Of a DNA stretch of 64,000 nucleotides, positions 57,951 to 64,000 are shown one piece after another. The stretch comes from an uncultured Halobacteriales archaeon. GTDB taxonomy: Archaea > Halobacteriota > Halobacteria > Halobacteriales > Haloarculaceae. The position numbers and the translations under genes are program-made. The notes below the pieces were generated by a model that worked only from the letters and a program-made list of their open reading frames with translations, made no database searches and had not been told where the DNA came from. Position 1 is the first letter of the stretch. Each line of letters begins with the position of its first letter. Location: the NCBI GenBank assembly GCA_964534485.1, contig CAZHPM010000001.1:8551-72550 (forward strand). The letters run 5' to 3'.

Positions 57951-58166
57951 TCAGAATACGTACTCGTCGTCGTGGCCCATCATCCCGTCGTCCTCGTATC
58001 CGGGGTCGTCCTCGTCGTCGACCGGGCCGCTCGCCTTGTACGCTTTCAGTCCGGTCGAAAGTAGGTCCTCGATGGCCTCCTCGCGGTTGAGAAACTCGCC
58101 CTGCTCGACGAGTTGTGTGATCTGCATCTCGAGATGTTCCGGGATAGTGATCTCTACCTTTGGCAT
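57951..58166 (-). CDS. Ribbon-helix-helix (CopG-like) protein
   Basis: MPKVEITIPEHL...LVEQGEFLNREEAI. Confidence 0.85.
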   Translation of the reverse strand: MPKVEITIPEHLEMQITQLVEQGEFLNREEAIEDLLSTGLKAYKASGPVDDEDDPGYEDDGMMGHDDEYVF

Positions 58167-58362
58167 CGCAACGTGAAACCTTTGGCTGACGGGGAGTTAA
58201 AACTGACGGGAAGGTGTTCTCGGTAACAGAAACCGGTGTCAACAGAGACGCCAGCGACGGCCTCTCCGCCCGGTTGTCGAGGGCACCAGTCCCGGCCCGG
58301 GACGGGGAGAGACCCCGCCGAGATAGTCAGGCTAAAACCTGCGGAAACAAAGATTTGATACA

Positions 58363-59739
58363 ATGGAACCTACGCGGAGCGAACGGCACTCTGCGCGTGC
58401 CAACCACAACACCGGTGTCGTCCGGAGTTGCCCGGTGGAGTCGGTTTCGATGCGGGCGCTTCTCCGGGCGCTGGACCGGCCGCGGTTCGCCTGGGCCGAC
58501 CGCCCGACGACCGACGCCGAGACTGTCGGCGATTCGACACTCACAGTCGCGGCGGGCGGGGCGGCAGCGACACTCACCGCCTCGGGGCCGGACCGCTTCG
58601 AGACGGTCAGAGCGCGCGCACGGGCGCTTTTCGACCGACTCGAAGGGCCGGATACGCTCCCACACGCCGCACGACCACGACTGTGTGGTGGCTTCTCGTT
58701 TACCGACAGACACGACGCCGAGACGAGCGACACCTGGGCGGGGTACCACGGCGCGCAGTTTGTTCTGCCGGCGGTACAGCTATCACTCACCAGGGACGGA
58801 CCGTGGCTGACGACCGCCGCGGTCGGACCGGGGGCGCGCGAGACGGCGAGACGGCGACTCGACACCTGGCGCGGGCGACTGGCCGCGCTCCCGACGTTCC
58901 AGTCGGCGGCGTCACCGGGTGTCCACGGCCTCGCGTACAACCCCTCGCGGGAGACCTGGCGCGAGCAGGTCGGGGCAGTTATCGACCGTATCGAGCGCGG
59001 TGACCTGCAGAAGATGGTCCTCGCGCAGTCGCTGACCGCCACACTCGACTGTCCGACGGTTGCCAGTGACGTCCTCGCACGGCTCGCCGACCCGTACCCG
59101 GACTGCTATCGTTTCCTGTTCGAACCCCACCGTGGCGGAACCTTCTTCGGGGCGACTCCGGAGCGACTGGTGACCGTCCGGGGTGACAGCGTCGAGACCG
59201 AGGCCCTCGCCGGGTCGGTCGGTCGCGGCGAGACCGCCGCCGACGACGACCGCCTCGCCGAGCAACTGCAACACAGCGAGAAAAACACCCACGAACACGC
59301 ACTCGTCGTCGAGACCATCCGCGACCAGTTGCGCGAGCGGACCACCGAGATTCGGACCGGCGACCGGACGGTCCGCCGTCTCGCGACCGTCCAGCACCTC
59401 AGAACGCCCATCCGGGCGACACTCGGACGAAACGAACACGTTCTGTCGCTGGTCGAGGCGCTCCACCCCACGCCCGCAGTCGGCGGACTCCCGCCCGACG
59501 AGGCGCTCCAGACTATCCGGGACACCGAGGCGTTCGACCGTGGTTGGTACGCCGCCCCGGTTGGCTGGTTCGACGCCGACGGCAACGGCACCTTCGCCGT
59601 TGCAATCCGCTCCGGTATCGCCAGCGAGGACACGGTGACGATGTTCGCCGGCGCGGGTATCGTCCCGGACAGCGACGCCGACCGCGAGTGGGAGGAACTC
59701 CAGTTGAAGTACCGGCCGATTCTCGACGAACTCGTATGA
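58363..59739 (+). CDS. menF: Isochorismate synthase
   Basis: KMVLA, GATPERL, ALAGS, LHPTPAVGG, RGWYA, AGAGIV; coupled to menD. Confidence 0.93.
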   Translation: MEPTRSERHSARANHNTGVVRSCPVESVSMRALLRALDRPRFAWADRPTTDAETVGDSTLTVAAGGAAATLTASGPDRFETVRARARALFDRLEGPDTLPHAARPRLCGGFSFTDRHDAETSDTWAGYHGAQFVLPAVQLSLTRDGPWLTTAAVGPGARETARRRLDTWRGRLAALPTFQSAASPGVHGLAYNPSRETWREQVGAVIDRIERGDLQKMVLAQSLTATLDCPTVASDVLARLADPYPDCYRFLFEPHRGGTFFGATPERLVTVRGDSVETEALAGSVGRGETAADDDRLAEQLQHSEKNTHEHALVVETIRDQLRERTTEIRTGDRTVRRLATVQHLRTPIRATLGRNEHVLSLVEALHPTPAVGGLPPDEALQTIRDTEAFDRGWYAAPVGWFDADGNGTFAVAIRSGIASEDTVTMFAGAGIVPDSDADREWEELQLKYRPILDELV

Positions 59740-61478
59740 CCGCCCCCAACCGGAACACGCTCTGGGCCGAGGCGCTCGTCGAGGAACTCGCCGCGGGCGG
59801 CGTCGACGCGGTCTGTCTCGCGCCGGGCAGTCGGTCGACGCCACTGACTGTCGCCTTTGCCGCCCACTCCGGTATCGAGACGTTCTCGCACTTAGACGAG
59901 CGCTCGGCGGCGTTTTTCGCGCTCGGGCGTGGCCGACAGACCGGCCGCCCGACACCGGTCGTCTGCACCTCGGGCACTGCGGCGGCGAACTTCCACCCCG
60001 CGGTGCTCGAGGCCAGTGAGAGCCGGGTCCCGTTGTTGCTCCTGACTGCCGACCGACCACCGGAACTGCAAGACAGCGGCGCGAACCAGACAACCGACCA
60101 GGAGAAGCTCTACGGCGACGCTGTCCGGTGGTACTGTACGCTCCCCGAACCGGCACCAGAGGCCCGCAGACTCCGGTCGCTCCGCGTGACCGCCGCCCGG
60201 GCGGTGGCGAAATCGACCGGGACACCGCCCGGGCCGGTCCACCTGAACGTGCCGTTCCAGAAGCCACTCGAACCGACGCCAGTGCCCGACGACGTTCCCC
60301 CGGAACTCGGAGACGAGGCCCCGCTCGCGGCCGACGGCCGGGCGGGGCCGTTCGTCGAGGTGACACAGGGCGGACAGCGACTCGACGACACCGAGATGCA
60401 CGCGCTCGCGCGTGCCATCGACGACACCGAGCGGGGGTTGCTCGTCACCGGTCCCGCCGACCAGGTGACACCCTCGCGGGCGGCACTGGGCGCGCTCGCG
60501 GACGCGACGGGGTTCCCGGTGCTCGCGGACCCGCTGTCGGGACACCGTTTCGGGCCACACACCGACGACCACGCGGTCTGTGGCGGGTACGACTCCTACC
60601 TCGACGGCGCGGGCGAGTGGCCCGACCCGGAACTGGTCCTGCGCACCGGGGCCTCCCCGACGTCGAAGGTGCTCCGACAGTACCTGGAGACCACCGACGC
60701 CCGGCAGGTGCTCGTCGACCCCGCGGGCGACTGGCGGGAGGCCAGTTTCACCGCGACGGACCTGGTCACCGCCGAACCGACCCCGCTGTTCGAGGCACTC
60801 GCCGACCGCGTCACTCCTGGCGACGACGCCTACCGGGAGCGTTTCGAGCGCGCGGAACGGGCCTACTGGGACACTGTCGAGACCGACCGGTTCTTCGAGG
60901 GCGCAATCCTGCAAACGGTCGCCCGGCGCTGTCCCGACCCGGCGACGTTGTTCGTCTCGAACAGTATGCCGGTGCGTGACCTCGACCGGTTTGGCAGGCC
61001 ACGGACGGCGGCAGTGTCGGTGTTCGGTAACCGTGGCGTCAGCGGTATCGACGGCATCGTCTCGACGGCGCTGGGCGCGGGGAGCGCGGTCGACGATTCG
61101 CTGGTGCTCGTGCTCGGTGACCTGGCGTTTTACCACGATATGAACGGCCTGCTCGCGCTCGACCGGTGTGGTGTCGACGCGACTATCGTGCTGGTCGACA
61201 ACAACGGCGGCGGTATCTTCCACATGCTCCCGATTGCGGAGTTCGACCCGCCCTTTACCGAGCAGTTCCAGACGCCACACGGACTCGAGTTCGAACCCAC
61301 CGGCGAACTGTACGGCTTCGATACCGAGCGCTTCGACGACCTCGACACGCTGGCCGGGGCGTTCGAGGAGGCCACCGCAACCGAACAGACGCAGGTGCTG
61401 ATTGCCGACGTCGACGCCGAGGCCAGCCACGAGTACCGCGACCAGTTACACCAGACGGTCACGAGCGAGATTCCCTGA
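59736..61478 (+). CDS. menD: SEPHCHC synthase
   Basis: PGSRSTPL, DERSAAF, TSGTA, GPVHLN, NSMPVRD, NRGVSGIDG, GDLAFYHD. Confidence 0.96.
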   Translation: MTAPNRNTLWAEALVEELAAGGVDAVCLAPGSRSTPLTVAFAAHSGIETFSHLDERSAAFFALGRGRQTGRPTPVVCTSGTAAANFHPAVLEASESRVPLLLLTADRPPELQDSGANQTTDQEKLYGDAVRWYCTLPEPAPEARRLRSLRVTAARAVAKSTGTPPGPVHLNVPFQKPLEPTPVPDDVPPELGDEAPLAADGRAGPFVEVTQGGQRLDDTEMHALARAIDDTERGLLVTGPADQVTPSRAALGALADATGFPVLADPLSGHRFGPHTDDHAVCGGYDSYLDGAGEWPDPELVLRTGASPTSKVLRQYLETTDARQVLVDPAGDWREASFTATDLVTAEPTPLFEALADRVTPGDDAYRERFERAERAYWDTVETDRFFEGAILQTVARRCPDPATLFVSNSMPVRDLDRFGRPRTAAVSVFGNRGVSGIDGIVSTALGAGSAVDDSLVLVLGDLAFYHDMNGLLALDRCGVDATIVLVDNNGGGIFHMLPIAEFDPPFTEQFQTPHGLEFEPTGELYGFDTERFDDLDTLAGAFEEATATEQTQVLIADVDAEASHEYRDQLHQTVTSEIP

Positions 61479-61487
61479 CGCCGCCGG

Positions 61488-62756
61488 TCACATACTCCGT
61501 GGCCTGACGGTGAGCCACGTCAGCAGCGAGAACAGGAACGGGAAGAACACGGCAGTGAGTAACAGTATCCCCTCGACGGCGAGCAGAGATACACCGACGG
61601 TACCAAGCAACACCGGAACCAGCACTGCCCACGTGCCGAACACGAAGATACCGATCTGTGGAATACTCTGGAGAAAGGCGGTCACGAGCAGCGCACCCGT
61701 GGCGACGACGGCCCGGACAGCAACGGGAAACGCGGGGAGCAACGCACCGAACAGCAGTACCGGATAGATGACGAACGTGAACCCGAAGACGAACAACACC
61801 CTGTCCGAGGAGAGCAACCCGCTCGACTCCGTGGCGTCGTCGTTGCGGGTGACGTGTGTCTCGGCCACACCGCTACCGTGCCACGGACTGTGGGTTCCTT
61901 TCGTCATCGCGTCCCAGGACTGGTTGCGCTGTCTGGAGTCGTCGCGTCTGCTCTGGTACCAGTCCACCGAACTGGTATCGGACTCTCTGCTGGCCGCGCC
62001 AGCGTGCCTGCTGGCCGCCGTCGTGGCCTCCGCGCCGCCGACGGTGGTTCTTTTACTCTCGCCCGAACCGACCCCGGTCGTGGTCGTCTCGTCCGGCCCG
62101 ACTCCGACGTCCCCGGTGGTGTCCCAGTCGAACGAGTCGCCGGAGTCGCCGGCCGTCTCGTCTGACTCCGCCTCGCCCGTCCAGTCGGTGTAGAAATCCT
62201 CGGTGTCGTCTGTCTCGTCGTTCCGGGTCGTTCCTGTCGAGTGTGGCTCCTTGTACACCCTGCTGGTCCGCCGCCCGTGGCCGCCGGTTCGCTCGCCGTG
62301 GGTTCTGCCGGTCCACCCTCTGTGGCCGCTGTTGGTCTGTTCCTCGTAACCCGCCGTCCCGTCGGCGAAGCCCTCGCTGCCACCCCAACCGGCAAAGAAG
62401 CCTCCGGGGGTGGTTCCGGTGGTGTCAGTCTGGTCGACCCACTGGTCGAAGAAGTCCTCGGAGGCGTTGCTGTCGGTCTTGCCGTCACCGGTTCGACCCG
62501 TCTCGTTGCTGCCGTCGTCTGTGGTCGTGCTGTCGGCGACGTACTGCTCGTGACCGAGGCGGTCGTACCGTGCGCGCTCTGCCTCGTCGGTGAGCACCTC
62601 TTTTGCCTCGATGAGGCGTTTCGTGCGCTCTTGGGCGTTGCTGGCGTCGCTCACGTCCGGATGTGTCTGCTTGAGTTGCTCCCGGTATGCCGACGCGATT
62701 GCCTCCTGGGAGGCAGTTCGAGAGACGCCCAAACACTCGTAGTAATCTTTCCCCAT
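61488..62756 (-). CDS. J-domain protein with disordered linker and C-terminal TM helices
   Basis: DYYECLGV...THPD...YDR; hydrophobic C-terminus. Confidence 0.88.
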   Translation of the reverse strand: MGKDYYECLGVSRTASQEAIASAYREQLKQTHPDVSDASNAQERTKRLIEAKEVLTDEAERARYDRLGHEQYVADSTTTDDGSNETGRTGDGKTDSNASEDFFDQWVDQTDTTGTTPGGFFAGWGGSEGFADGTAGYEEQTNSGHRGWTGRTHGERTGGHGRRTSRVYKEPHSTGTTRNDETDDTEDFYTDWTGEAESDETAGDSGDSFDWDTTGDVGVGPDETTTTGVGSGESKRTTVGGAEATTAASRHAGAASRESDTSSVDWYQSRRDDSRQRNQSWDAMTKGTHSPWHGSGVAETHVTRNDDATESSGLLSSDRVLFVFGFTFVIYPVLLFGALLPAFPVAVRAVVATGALLVTAFLQSIPQIGIFVFGTWAVLVPVLLGTVGVSLLAVEGILLLTAVFFPFLFSLLTWLTVRPRSM

Positions 62757-62970
62757 GCCTGACGCTTGAATCACGTACGTGCGAGAGATACATAAATCCA
62801 ACCGCCTGCCCGCGGCGTTTGGACCCGGACCGCGACGAGAACGGACCCAACTCACACCGACGCCGTAACGATACCCGACAGACCTGCGAGACAGTTTCAG
62901 TCACTGTCAGAGGGAAACTCTCCCGTCGTGTACTCGCGTCTCAGTCCAAAACTCCGGGGGAACTGCCGGT

Positions 62971-63639
62971 TCAGTCGGCGCGTGGCCCGCCCGTGTCGGC
63001 GTCCCCGACGAGCGTGTTGTAGGCCGCGATACCCAGAAGCGAGACGAGACCGAACGCGCCAGCACCGCCGAGAACGGGCGTACTGAGGCCCGTCGGCCCA
63101 CTCGACAGCGCGTACTCGACGAGTTCACCCGCCGCGTTGTCCTCGCCGACCGCGACGACACCTTTCATATCGAGGGATTTGTGTGGGTCACAGAAGTACT
63201 GGTAGGCGCCCGCGTCGCTGAACGCGTGCTCGAACGTGGTTCCGCTGCCGCCCACCGGGTCACCGCTGCTGAACAGCTGTTCACCGGCGGAGGCAAACTC
63301 CGTCCCGGTCTCGTGGATGACGTTGTGTGACCCCCCCTGTCCTGTCCACTCCCAGACGACGGTCGCGCCGGGGTCTACCAGCACGGCACCCGGACTGAAC
63401 TTGAAGCCGTTGCTTCCCCGGCCCACCTGCACGACCACCTCGTCGTTTCCCCTGGCGTCTGCGGTCGCTGTGACTGCGCTCCCGTCGGTGTCGGCACCGG
63501 TGAGATAGCCGCCGTAGATGTCCTCCTGTGCGCTCGCGGTGCCGGCAGTCGAGGCCGCCACCGCTCCGGCAGTCGCGACGCCCGCACCTGTCTTCAGGAC
63601 GCCACGTCTCGTGTACACGTCCCTGTCGCTGGGGTCCAT
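62971..63639 (-). CDS. Halocyanin (type 1 blue copper protein) with Tat signal and C-terminal anchor
   Basis: TRRGVLK, WEWTG..GSHNV, YFCDPH...MKG. Confidence 0.9.
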   Translation of the reverse strand: MDPSDRDVYTRRGVLKTGAGVATAGAVAASTAGTASAQEDIYGGYLTGADTDGSAVTATADARGNDEVVVQVGRGSNGFKFSPGAVLVDPGATVVWEWTGQGGSHNVIHETGTEFASAGEQLFSSGDPVGGSGTTFEHAFSDAGAYQYFCDPHKSLDMKGVVAVGEDNAAGELVEYALSSGPTGLSTPVLGGAGAFGLVSLLGIAAYNTLVGDADTGGPRAD

Positions 63640-63791
63640 AGTTCGGTGTCGTAGGTTGTGCAGTATAAATCCGACTGTTCGTCCCCGCTCCCACGCCAGA
63701 CTGGACCCGCACACGGCCCCGCGGGGTCGTTCGCCCGACGACCGGACACCAGAGGACAACGGTCAAGACGCGTCACACCGATACACCCGGT

Positions 63792-64000
63792 ATGCGGGTT
63801 CCAGCGGCGACTGTCGTGCAGGTCTCTTTCGACACGTTCCGGTCGGAACTCGAAGCGCTGGTGACGACCGAGGGCCGACTCGCCGCGACTGCCCTCGTGG
63901 TGGTGGTCACGCTCGTTCTCGGAGCAGTCGTGTTGCCGTCGTCTATCAGGGTCGTCACGCGGACGCTGTTCGAACTGCTCCCCGAGCAGGCACAGGCCGT
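63792..64000 (+). CDS. Membrane protein, partial (possibly the N-terminus of an MscS-type channel)
   Basis: ATG at 63792, frame open to the window end, one TM segment; family cannot be confirmed. Confidence 0.45.
   Translation, partial: MRVPAATVVQVSFDTFRSELEALVTTEGRLAATALVVVVTLVLGAVVLPSSIRVVTRTLFELLPEQAQA

Overview
GC-rich haloarchaeal (Halobacteria-like) chromosomal window with acidic proteins and many apparently leaderless starts. Most of it is core genome: metY-type lyase, ilvA, azf, mptD, secDF, glyS, SUI1, thermosome, glmM, larB, ychF, menF/menD and tRNA-Lys(CTT). The main accessory region is a decayed ~7 kb island inserted at the 3' end of an intron-containing tRNA(CAU), probably Ile2, and bounded by a 20/22 direct repeat (7540-7561, 14470-14491). 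The island carries a broken IS200/IS605 tnpB, an intact 1127-aa pilin with Ig-like repeats, a wHTH gene coupled to a pseudogenised VapC, and a truncated tyrosine integrase. Just outside it lie a cytochrome P450 and a DpnI-type winged-helix/HNH nuclease. The most unusual core feature is a SecD with a ~350-aa insertion of beta-sandwich repeats whose end pieces look complementary. Also notable are a heliorhodopsin beside a PepSY/membrane-protein/wHTH module, a Get3/ArsA-amphi-Trp-phosphoesterase cluster, and two small ORFs missing from the ORF track. All calls were made by eye from motifs; no database searches were run.
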